NCBI RefSeq assembly: GCF_964355755.1
Contig: NC_092673.1
Span: 28,083,648 to 28,147,647, forward strand
Source: Antedon mediterranea
Lineage: Eukaryota > Animalia > Echinodermata
Direction: 5' to 3'
DNA length: 64,000 nt
The notes under the pieces are model-generated. The model saw nothing but the letters and a program-made list of their open reading frames with translations, searched no databases and was not told the origin of the DNA. This document shows, in pieces, positions 53,801 through 64,000 of this stretch (position 1 is its first letter; each line of letters starts with the position of its first letter). The translations under genes were made by a program, and so were the position numbers.

Positions 53801-56800
53801 TGTTTAATCAGAACTGCTTTCAACATAAAACATATTTTCAATTTTCTGTACGAACCAAATCAAGATTGGTAAAATCAGAAACTGTTTACTGTTGTTTCTC
53901 AAATGTCTTAATATTTCAGACCAACACATTTCAAGGAACTCTCGCTACAGACGGTATATATAGTTTTATTCTTTTTAACTTTGAAAACCGTGCGATGATT
54001 TGGAATGGGAACACAGAGAGTCCAGCAGATGCTCTTATTGGCTTCAACGCAGCCAATGGGTACGCTGTGTTGGTTCATCCAAATGGTACCGACTCAACCT
54101 CATTAACCAAACCAGCATCACTCAGTGTTGACGAACTGTACCGACCCGATCAGTTTATTGGTAATACCAACGAGTATGGGCGATGGATATACAGACTTGA
54201 ATTGAACACCGTCACCACAGTTAACCCACTGCAGAGATGTATTGACTGGTATAACAGTGAGCCACCTGCGACCACCTGGAATCGCGAAGAACATAATACT
54301 TGTCCTTGTACCTACAAACAGGCTATAGTGGACGGCCGTTTTACATGGGCTCCCGTCATTTCGTTGCTTAGTTATGGCCAGGGACGAAGCTCAGATGTTG
54401 ATTTTTTTCTGTTATCGAAAAACTATGATCCAAGCTACCTTGATACTGTTCTTCAATCGTCAGGTTAGTGTTAAAATCATGCTTTCGTGTCCACATATTT
54501 TCAAAGAAAATGATATTTACCTGAATCTATGACCTGAATTGAATCTCTCTCCTAAATATTTCCTATCAATAATTTATGTAAATGTAGTACCTCACCTTTG
54601 GTTATAACATGGTTGCAGACCAGACTAGCTAGTTTAAATGCAGTACCTCACCTTTGGTTATAACATGGTTGCAGACCAGACTAGCTTGTTTAAATGTAGT
54701 ACCTCACCTTTGGTTATAACATGGTTGCAGACCAGACTAGCTTGTTTAAATGCAGTACCTCACCTTTGGTTATAACATGGTTGCAGACCAGACTAGCTTG
54801 TTTAAATGTAGTACCTCACCTTTGGTTATAACATGGTTGCAGACCAGACTAGCTTGTTTAAATGTAGTACCTCACCTTTGGTTATAACATGGTTGCAGAC
54901 CAGACTAGCTAGTTTAAATGTAGTACCTCACCTTTGGTTATAACATGGTTGCAGACAAGACTAGCTTGTTTATTCATTCATCAGTCACATCACATTTTTT
55001 ATTTTGTCTAAAAGGTGTCATTTTTTGGTGACTTTCTATCTTTTAAAAAGACGTTATCAATTCTTTAAAATAATTGATCATCAAATATATTTTCAGAAAC
55101 GGTAATGACTTGTTTCCAGTCGGCTTCAAATTTTGACAACGCTGGAGTAAACTGTTGTTACTTAGACAACCAACTTATCAAAGGGTATTATGATGTCTTA
55201 GCAAGCAGTTTTGCTCAACGCTCACTCTTCCAATTTGGGTTATGGGGAATACTTAACAACTATTATGACAATATAAGTAAGTAGGATGTTTACTTACCAT
55301 TTTCAGTTTTTTTATAGACAAGCAATTAGGGAGGTGGATTATGGTTAACCATTGAAATGTATTTAATCTATCCAATCAGTCGGTGATCTTTTCGCACGAT
55401 ATGAATGCTGCACCGCATCCAATGACCGTAACCGTTGTGATTTATACTATGAAAAGCGGCCTCCTGCATCATGTGACACCTATAGGCCACCACAAACTAG
55501 TGAGTATAGGCAGTATTATGTATCTTTAGAAATTAAATTATTCTCATAAACCTCCTTAAGCTGCTAAACTTTAGTTGAATATAATAAATGGCATTAAGGT
55601 GTTTTAAGTATCTGACGTAGTAATATTATTAGTAAAAGTATTTGTATGGAAGCTGCGTCCGTGACATCACTAAATACCATCCTTTGTAATACAAATAATT
55701 TTGTTTTAATACTTTAATAAAATAATTAAGTTATTCTTTTAAGGATATTAAATTTATCATCATCTATATTATATATATTATTTGTAATAATTAGTCACTG
55801 GTTGGAGGTACACACCTAATTTGTGACAGTGGCTTAGGCTGCTTTTGTGCTTTCCTAGCAGCAGCTGTGTTTGTTTAATTTGTTGATTTGTATTATATTT
55901 TGTGAAATGCATTTTTTGCCTGAATAAATAATAATAATAATAATAATAATAAAATAATAACATATGTACTACCTCATTCTGGCACTGGTGAACAAGAAAT
56001 CACGGAACTGCAGCTTTGAGCTAACTAGTGATATGCTTTCCTTCTCATTACAAAGTCCTTTGTTCAAATCATGACTGTATTCTTACAATGCAGTGTGAAG
56101 CTTAATTTATAAAGAATGTACACATTTATCTCCAATGTATTAAGGTTTCTTTTGGGGTGATCCTCATCTATCAACTATGGATGGATATACCTACACATTT
56201 AATGGTAAAGGAGAATATGTGTGTTCGGCCTTAGACAATGGTCAATTCAGTTTGTTAGGCCGAATGTCTGACCCACTGAACGGTCCTCTCAAGGCAACAA
56301 TATTCTCAGCCTTTGCTGCTAAGCATTCTACAGACACAGAAACAGTGGTAGGTGATGTTACTATGTTTGACCAAAACATTAATTTGTAAATTAAGCAGTG
56401 GTTTTGCCAGAAAGATAATAACTGATATTAAACATATTGTAATCTACAGTAGTAGTCACCTAGGATTTGGTTAATAGTTTGGAATCGGTTTTCTAAATGA
56501 AGAGGACACTAAAAAATTGTACATCTATAAACGAATGACTACTATTTGACCAAACTAAGTACTGTTTTATTTTGACAATAATCTTATAAGCAATCCTATT
56601 CAAAAGAATATCTTTTTGTTTGGCATTTAAAAGGTTCAGTTTACAATGTGGAAGAATGGAACAGGATTTGATATCTTGATAAATGGTACAGAAGAAATTA
56701 GAGTAGATGACTTAAAGGAAGGTGAGTTGATTGTTTGTTTTGATTTCAACAAGAATGTTCTATCTCCTCCTAACATAAAACAATTCTGGGACCATTGGAG

Positions 56801-59800
56801 AGTTTGGAGAAAGTCTAGTTTTGGGAAACAGATCATTTGCCATGTAAACAATTTTTATATGTATCTTGATTTCTAATTGTAGGTCAATACAGCAGTACAA
56901 ATGACCCAACACTTTCAATATTCCTAAGTATGGACAACTTTACCAGTGGTAGTGATCGGGTCTTTGTTTCTTGGGATTCTGGAATCAACTTTGGAGTTGC
57001 AGTCTCTGAGCAGATTCTGGATGTTGTACTTCAATATCCTCAAATTTACATTGGCCGCACTAAAGGACTGTTTGGTAAATTACTTTGAATAAAACAAAGA
57101 AAACAATAAGATTTGTTCATAATGTCTGACCTTTCCGAATGGAAGCCAAACGTAATTAAACAAGTGTTGATGTTTGACTGAATGCTTTAGGCTTCTGTTT
57201 CCTAACTGGCAAAGCATACAAACAATCCGTTCTTGGACAAAAATGTTATTTATTTGTGAATTCAGATTATTTAATTTTATATCAGGAATATGGAATGATG
57301 ATACCAGTGACGATGTTTGTTTCCAAAATGAAACTTGTATTGATCCAACTAAGAGGAATCTTACAGAACGTGAACTTTTTGATGTTGGTAACAGTTGTAA
57401 GTAGCATATAAATGGAATATTCCTTCTAACTTTTCTTAACAACTTAGCCCTACAAATATGTAAATCAAATATTGTATTATTATTTGTTGTGTTTTTTATT
57501 CAGGGAGGATATCTGCCGATGAGTCTCTCTTTGTCTACACTGCTGATTACAATTACGAAAGCATCAACAACCTATCTTTTGTACCAGCCTTTACTGATGA
57601 GCTTCTCAACGAGGTTCAGAAGGACTTTTTACTTGATGTTCAAGAAGCATGTGGCAACAGTAAAGAGTGTCTTTATGATGCGTTAGTGACTGAAAACTTA
57701 GCTGTCGGTGTGAACACAAAACAAGTTAATGATATATTCCGTGACGATGAATATAATTTAGGTAAACTGAGTTGATATCATTTTACTAGATGCAAACACC
57801 TTATCTATATATAAATTTACGTAAGGGCAAAATTCGGTAAATCGCGCGTTATTTCTAGAATGTTTACTCGATGGTATATCAGGCCCGTATCCAGGGGGGG
57901 GGGGTGCGTTGGGTGCAGACGCACCCCCCCCCCCCCCCCCAAGTCCCAAAAGGTCCACTATTTCCTCGGTTGGTATTTTTTCTTGTCTTGTTTAACTAAA
58001 GACAATATCATTATATATATACAAAATTTACATTATCAATGGTATACAAACAAAAATATGCTAATATAAAATGAAAAAATACCGGTAATTAAATTACGGA
58101 ATCTGAACTGACTACAAACTCGATGTAAAACATGCGCAGTCGATCATGTGACGACAAGCAATAGCTTAGCGCTTCATGTACGCGGTACGCGGTAAAGTGT
58201 TTGCTGGAGAAATACAGACAACTTAACGTCGGGGAACACGGGTACTTTTTGTCGGGGAATATAATATACAGTAAAAAACGTTCGCGTTCACTTCATATAG
58301 CTTCAGCGCCTAGAAAACCACGACGTTCCATTGACCGTGAGAGTACGTCAGAGGGCTAATATGCACTTTTATGCATTCATTATTGCCAGCGATCTAACTT
58401 ACTAATAAACATTAGCTAGGTACGCACTTGTCTGGCGGTATCTCTTTGTACGAATCGTTCAACGTTGGGTCGAGACGCGTGATATCAAGTTTCATCCAGG
58501 GACCAAAATGTGTAATGTAGTTATTTTCCAGGCGAAGTTTACCGACGGTTACCGAAGGGAACACGTGTACTTTTTGTCGGGGAATATAATAATATACAGT
58601 AAAAAGCGTTCGCGTTCACTTCGTAGCTAGCTTCAGTGCCTAGAAAACCGCGACGTTTCATTGACCGTGAGAGTACGTCAGAGTGATATTATGCACTTTA
58701 TATGCATTCATTATTGCCAGCGATCTAACTTACTACTAAACAATAGCTAGGTACGCACTTGTCTGGCGGTATCCCTTTGTACGAATCGTTCAACGTTGGG
58801 TCGAGACGCGTGATATCAAGTTTCATCCAGGGACCAAAATGTGTAATGTGTTATTTTCCAGGCGAAGTTTACCGACGGTTACGTCGTGTACTGCGTCGAC
58901 GTACGCTACACTACAGCAAAAACGAATTATGTTAATTGTTCGTTTGTTCACCAATTTTTTAATTTACAAGTAACCTTCTGTACCGTGGGGCACCTAAAAT
59001 AAATTTTTCATCCATTACTAAACAAAAAAACATGCCATTTTCGCTTAGCCAACATTATAGCTATAGTTATTACATTTTCAATATCCTGTATGTCATGAAT
59101 TTCTCACCACTCGGAAGTCCAGATGGTACGCATGCATACACCTGGGAGGAATAAACTTTTTTCCCCGACTGAAAAAGGTCTACGCTTGCGTTTTTTAAGC
59201 CTCTAGGCCTGATGTTTCCAAAGTATAAAATGCAATTTTTTGAAGACCTGCAGCTCTAGTTTTAAACATTTTCTTAGCTCAGCCCCAACAATAAAGCTGG
59301 TCATATTTCGAAGAACAAGAAGTACATTTTCCGGGACCTAACATCTCTATTTTTCAAACATTTCTTAGCTCAGTCACAACCCATGATAGGGACTTATATA
59401 TTTTTTTTCATGTTTTGAAGTATAATAAGTCCAATTTCCGGGACCTCCAACTCTATTTTTCTAAATTTTCTTTGAACTTTTATTTTTTAAATTGAAAAAT
59501 ATGGATTGAAACAGTCATCGCGCATCGTTTTTTTGCACGCAGTATTTTATTTATGCATTATAAAAAATGGAAAAAATGGCTACCCTAAATCTGATTAAAA
59601 AGACCTCAAATGACGCTAGAACGCGTTGCTTCCGGGGGCTCTTGGCGGCCCCTGGCCCTCAGCCTAGTGATGCTCGCTTCGCTCGCATAGCCCCCTCGTC
59701 GGGGAATGTAGCCCCCGCGTCGGGAAGATCCTGGCGCCACCCCTGCTGAGTTGGCCTCATCATGAAAGCGTTAAGTTCTGGTGTCCATCGTTCAACTAGC

Positions 59801-62800
59801 CCAAGCCACAAAAGAGAGTCTTACATCAGTCTTTAGAACGTCAAATAACGCAAATTTTTTCAGGGCCTTCCCCTGGCCCCCAGCCATTGTTGCTCGCACC
59901 CCCCCATTATAAATGCTGCATACGGGCCTGTATATAAAGTGGGTTCGTACTTTCGGTACTGATTTTAACCGCCTGATGTAACCCTGTTTACTAATTAAAT
60001 TGAGTTCGATAATTAGTTATTGACGATTAAAACGAATTTAGGTTCAACGATTTGCCCCAAATAGGGGTGTTTTTCGATCGTTGTATACACTGTCTAATGG
60101 ATGTCCGTCTTGAAAAATACCCGCAGACGATAATACGAGGATGCTTCGCATTTTCCTATCTCCTCCTACGATAATTGTTTTTACTGTCTGAAAACCGTTT
60201 GAACAGCTCGAGTACAGCATCATAATGTTGAAGACAGGCCGATTTTCTTTAAAAAAATACTATTTTGATAGATTTAGGGCCTAATATACGTTTATACAAA
60301 TGTATTGATTTGCGATGAATGGAACATTCCAATCTCTGTTCCACAAGTGTCTATTCCCTCAGGCGTCGTAAAGGCAAGTACTGTATACTCATAACAGAAA
60401 TTCGATCCATTTATTTTTTCAATCTGTTCTGCAGAGGTTGGATATAATTTTTTTTTTAAACGGATAAAGAGCTAGCGTTTTCACTCGCCGTATATTATGT
60501 ATAAATCTTTATTATTGCAGTTAAACCACCCACATCATCACCCTTCCCTCACTGGCATGAGTAGCGTTGTAAAGCCAGTAGAGGATAGGCCTACGGTGCA
60601 TCACATGCCCTAAACGCAGAACAACTTTGGTGGGTAGGGTAGGAACCAACTTAAATATGAATTGGCTCTAAGAAACAATTGAAAATTAAACCATTAGGCC
60701 TACTAATTAAGTTGAGTTAGATAATTTAATATTTATTGACGATTAAATCGAATTTATGATTTGCCACGAATAGAGGTACGTGGTTTTCACAAATTGTTTT
60801 ACATTATATAAACATATACACGTCGTAGTGATGTATCGTTACATGTACTGTACTATTTCAATCGACTAGGACGGTGATAGTTTCAACAAAGTATTACATC
60901 GCAATGTTTTACTGTGTTTAGTGGTATATTATTTGTAAAACATGAAAACAATTAATATTTCGTTACTACATGGATAAAGAATATATTTAAAAATTGTTCC
61001 TCTTTGCACCCATCCTCTTTCCAATCCCTCAACCCTAATGTTACATACAAAACACAAATTAAGTTTGTTTAAATTTGACTTAAACAATTGGTCTCATTTT
61101 GTGACAAGTTTCTCTTTCGGAAGTAATTCCCAGGGTGCTAATTTTAGTTCAGTACATAAATCAGTGTCTAGCCTATTTATTCGTTCCTGTAAACGACATG
61201 TATTATTGTCCTGCGGTACGTACATTTGAAATCGCCATTTTTTTAACGCTGAAATTATTATGTATCCGAGAACCATCTGTGGGCACGACCTAGATGGTAC
61301 GCGAGCGAAGCGAGCGTACCATCTAGTCTATAAAATTCTTCTAAAGCTACATTATCAAACTTTATGTGACAAAAAGTGTGATGTGCAAAAAATATGGACA
61401 CGATAACGTCATATCACTACCATATTTGAGCACATAACATTTTTTTTTCAAACTAGTTTGATAGTGTAGACAGAGCTTAAGTGACGGATATCATTATTTA
61501 CTAAGTAAATTAATCAATCTACTTACCAACTCGCATACTTTCTTTTAGGCCTGTTCCCACCAAATATAACTAGCATAATAGACATGAGTAAAACACCAGT
61601 ACTGAATGGAACGATGCAGATATTTGCAAAAGTCGGAGAACAAGTTGTTCTTGCTATTGTCGCAAATCCTGCTAGTGCACAGTCTTCTTTGTTGTACTCT
61701 TTAAGAAGTTCAGTAGCTGGTGCTTCCATTGATTCAGGTATTATTAGATTACATTGTTAAGAAAATACTTAGATATTTAGTAATATAAATGTGTAATGAC
61801 AATAATTAACTGTTTGTGTTTCAGATGGAATCTTTACTTGGACACCAATGAATACAGAAGTTATTATGTTGGAGATAGTTGTATCTGATGGTGTGTTATC
61901 TTCTAGTGTTTTCCTAGAAGTTCGTCTTTGTGCATGTGTGAATGGGGAATGCAAGTATGATGCACTGTTAGATGGATACGATATTGTTAACAATATGTTT
62001 GGTGTGAGTTTAAAATAGGCTTACATAATAACTAAATACAATAGTGAAACAAAAGTTTCAAATCCTGACTTTTTTTCAGACTTTTTCTCATGTAGGGCAT
62101 CTTTTGACTGTCCTGTTATTCAAATTCAAATTCAAATAAACATTTATTTCTTTCATTCATATTTGAGTAAAAAACATTATAATTTCTGATATTTTATATA
62201 TAAATATTTTTTTTTTTAGAGATATAATACAGTAAATCATAATGTATAAAAAAAAAGATGATTCAGTTATATACAAAATGAAAGAGGCAAAAAAACCCAA
62301 GAAAGTATCGATCAATGGAAACAAAAATCCATTTGAAACTTGTATGTTAGGAAGCCATTTAAGAAGATTATATACTTATATATATATATAAATGTAAACA
62401 TATAACTACACATACACAAACATATAGATCAACAGACACACACACACACACCCACCCACACCAACAGTAACATGATTGAATTCGCTTAGTAAATGAATTC
62501 GCTTATGGTTATTCGTGGATGTTTGCATAAGTAAAAAGAAAAACCAATCCACTATTATTTTAGACCAGGCGTAGTGTACATTTTATTTCTGCCTTCTTGC
62601 AGCTTGTCGACTGCATCTGTACATCAGCATGGTCTGGTGCGGACTGTTCTGAGGACTTTGATGCTTGTAGTGATGACCCATGTCACCCTGGGGTCACATG
62701 TAAAGATAACTTAACACCAGAAGTCGGCAACACATGCGGGAATTGTCCCTCGGGACTTATTGGAGATGGATTTAAATGCTATGGTGAGTTCGCTAATCAG

Positions 62801-63931
62801 GACACAATTAACACTAAGTTGAATCATTAAAATGTATTACTATTTTCTGATGTGACTGACTTCTGCACAAAAGTAAAAGAAACAGTAACTTACTCACCAG
62901 CAAGTAAAAGACTTGGATTACTGAATGGCTTAAGAATGTATTTTGGAAAAAAAAGTTGGAGCAAGGACATTTTAAGAACAATAAGCTGTGAAATTGTATA
63001 GAAATTTCAAATTTTATAATCAATCTTGAGATGATGATTAATCTAAAATCATTGAAGCATTACATTGTTTTTATTCAGATTATGATGAATGTGCCTCTAA
63101 GATGGACAATGACAATCAACCGTTCTGTGATCATGAGGAGTTGTGTACCAACACGCTTGGTAGTTACACGTGTGCTTGCCGTTCTGGTTTCAGTCTTCAC
63201 CCTAATGGCAAATTTTGCCTTGGTATGTGTGATGTACACCAATAGAAACACTCAACAGTATGTTGTATCGGTACACAAGTCCTTTTCGAATTAACCTTAC
63301 TGTACCATAAGAAGAATCTGTTACAATGAACTATCTCTAAATACAAAATAAGTCATAGCAAATAAGTAAAGTTTACATCATCCTCAAGTTAAAATAATTA
63401 AGGTACAAAATTATTTTATAGTAGTATGCACAACTATATCTTTTTTTCCACTGCAGACGTTGATGAATGTGATCTGGATATTGATAACTGTGACGTCAAC
63501 GCACAATGTAACAACACCATGGGTTCCTTTGTCTGTACTTGTGATAATGGCTACAGCGGAGATGGCTCACAATGCATCGGTAATTATAGATGCCTATTCA
63601 ATAACTTTATATAGACTGTAAAATACAGTTTAGCAGATCATTAAGCCATTAAGTTTCTTTGCATTGATCATTGATTTTGTGCAAATTATGGTGACAACTG
63701 TGGAAAAAAATTTCTATTTCTTTCCTTACTTTGTAAGGTTGTATTTTCAAATCCAAAACAATGAACAGAAGCCATTTTAATTACCTTCATGCTGTTTATT
63801 TTTGTATTTTTCAGATGTTGATGAATGTTCTCAGTCACTGTGCAGTGAGTACACTGATTGTATGAACACAATCGGTTCATTTGTATGCACGTGTCAAGAA
63901 GGATTTAGGATGGATGAATCCATCTGCAAAG
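20789..63931 (+). CDS. Gene 2 (3'-truncated): giant MUC4-like mucin (signal peptide, PTS, 4-Cys module, NIDO, AMOP, vWD, Ig-like, EGF repeats)
   Basis: In-frame exon chain: 20789-20864 (or 23481-23541), 27110-51769, 51910-52341, 52716-52876, 53010-53156, 53564-53731, 53920-54463, 55097-55276, 55380-55499, 56145-56347, 56634-56721, 56883-57074, 57286-57396, 57504-57761, 61549-61737, 61825-62003, 62603-62783, 63079-63222, 63457-63579, 63815-63931. The first exon is the least certain. Confidence 0.85.
21974..23438. repeat. Minisatellite, 67-bp unit, 22 copies (last truncated)
   Basis: tttccattttggtgcttcgtacagtaggcctaagtaaatttacaaaggttcattttatcttattatg, near-identical copies without spacers. Confidence 0.97.
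23481..23541 (+). CDS. Alternative candidate signal-peptide exon B of gene 2
   Basis: [20 protein letters not shown] followed by a weaker phase-1 donor AAG|gttaca; AG acceptor-like sites just upstream (near 23464 and 23477). Confidence 0.45.
24065..24843 (-). mobile_element. Helentron/HINE-like element(s) with GTCT/GTCG microsatellite
   Basis: Terminal hairpin agtcgcgtccacgcgact next to a T-run, matching agtcgcgt near 24085; (gaca/gacc)n tracts at 24115-24180 and 24778-24820; the catagtgaactatag end block occurs twice. Confidence 0.6.
27110..51769 (+). CDS. Giant mucin PTS tandem-repeat exon of gene 2 (24,660 nt, 8,220 codons)
   Basis: Lies within the uninterrupted ORF 26995-51801; acceptor tttcttttttct...tatag|CT at 27110 and donor TTAA|gtgagt at 51769, both phase 1; Thr-rich 20-aa repeat [20 protein letters not shown]. 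Confidence 0.92.
27160..51720 (+). repeat. Coding minisatellite, 60-bp unit (two related 30-bp halves), about 410 copies
   Basis: Consensus actactgaacagtctacaactgcgcccata acaacagcagaatcaacaacagaaactgta; periodicity is visible as vertical alignment of the 60-nt lines; indels are multiples of 3. Confidence 0.97.
51910..52341 (+). CDS. Gene 2 exon encoding a 144-aa beta-rich 4-Cys module of unrecognised family
   Basis: Phase 1-1 exon: [14 protein letters not shown]...[10 protein letters not shown]...[19 protein letters not shown]...SCTAVDCL. Confidence 0.8.
52716..54463 (+). CDS. Gene 2 NIDO domain and start of AMOP (exons 52716-52876, 53010-53156, 53564-53731, 53920-54463)
   Basis: LLPYG...[63 protein letters not shown]; then C..WY...CPCT..QA..DGRF. 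Confidence 0.9.
54580..54971. repeat. Intronic minisatellite, 56-bp unit, 7 copies
   Basis: aaatgYagtacctcacctttggttataacatggttgcagaccagactagctWgttt repeated. Confidence 0.95.
55097..55499 (+). CDS. Gene 2 AMOP domain exons (55097-55276, 55380-55499)
   Basis: GVNCCY...; YECC....[18 protein letters not shown], typical of the AMOP C-terminus. Confidence 0.88.
55780..55960 (+). mobile_element. Probable 3' end of a non-LTR retrotransposon with (TAA)n tail
   Basis: T-rich UTR-like stretch ending gaataaa followed by (taa)n. Confidence 0.4.
56145..57761 (+). CDS. Gene 2 vWF type D domain with GDPH site and following Cys-containing linker (exons 56145-56347, 56634-56721, 56883-57074, 57286-57396, 57504-57761)
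   Basis: [23 protein letters not shown] (GDPH at 56156-56167); [15 protein letters not shown]; W....ESLF; ACG...CLYD....GV.T, as in MUC4/SUSD2-type proteins. Confidence 0.92.
57804..61326 (+). mobile_element. Non-autonomous Helitron copy 4 (variant A) in a gene 2 intron, interrupted by a TIR element
   Basis: A|TCTATATATAAATTTACG at 57804 and hairpin plus CTAG|T at 61326; same family as the copies at 5731-9408. Confidence 0.88.
57880..59930. mobile_element. Non-autonomous TIR DNA transposon (hAT-like) nested in Helitron copy 4
   Basis: TIRs caggcccgtatccag and ctgcatacgggcctg; flanked by TATAT on both sides, where the uninterrupted copy 3 has a single TATAT; internal direct duplication of about 325 bp (58232-58551, 58558-58881). 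Confidence 0.8.
61549..62003 (+). CDS. Gene 2 Ig/cadherin-like beta-sandwich and start of EGF (exons 61549-61737, 61825-62003)
   Basis: FPPNIT...[14 protein letters not shown]...IVVSDG, then CACVNGEC; in phase with neighbouring exons. Confidence 0.75.
62603..63931 (+). CDS. Gene 2 EGF/cbEGF exons (62603-62783, 63079-63222, 63457-63579, 63815-63931); gene continues past the window
   Basis: DFDAC..DPC.PGV.C.D...CG.CP.GL.GDG.KC, then DYDEC, DVDEC and DVDEC cbEGF repeats. Confidence 0.9.
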
Positions 63932-64000
63932 GTGCATAGTAAAGTAGTTGACGTCATAGTCTGGGTTCCAGACGGAGTTTTGTCTTAATATTAGTAAAAA

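Noticed and set aside
57804-61326. Autonomous Helitron or transposase gene
   Set aside because: No Rep/helicase or DDE transposase ORF is present; only short non-conserved ORFs.

Overview
AT-rich, intron-containing animal genomic DNA, probably an invertebrate deuterostome such as an echinoderm (inferred from domain content and repeat style, not proven). It holds two head-to-tail + strand mucin-type genes, both cut by the window edges. Gene 1 (195-16262, 22 exons visible) is the C-terminal part of a type I membrane protein: 5 cbEGF, SEA, 8 EGF, SEA with a G/SIIV autocleavage motif, 2 EGF, TM, and a Tyr-rich tail. Gene 2 (about 20789 to beyond 63931) is a MUC4-like mucin: signal peptide, a single 24,660-nt Thr/Glu-rich tandem-repeat exon (8,220 codons, 60-bp unit with kb-scale higher-order duplications), a 144-aa 4-Cys module I cannot name, NIDO, AMOP, vWD with GDPH, an Ig/cadherin-like domain and EGF repeats. 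Introns carry four copies of a non-autonomous Helitron family (one nested in another, one head-to-tail junction, one interrupted by a TIR transposon), Helentron/HINE-like elements (one carrying a tRNA-like cassette), MITEs and three minisatellites. Exon boundaries were read by eye from GT-AG sites and phase continuity; no database searches were run.
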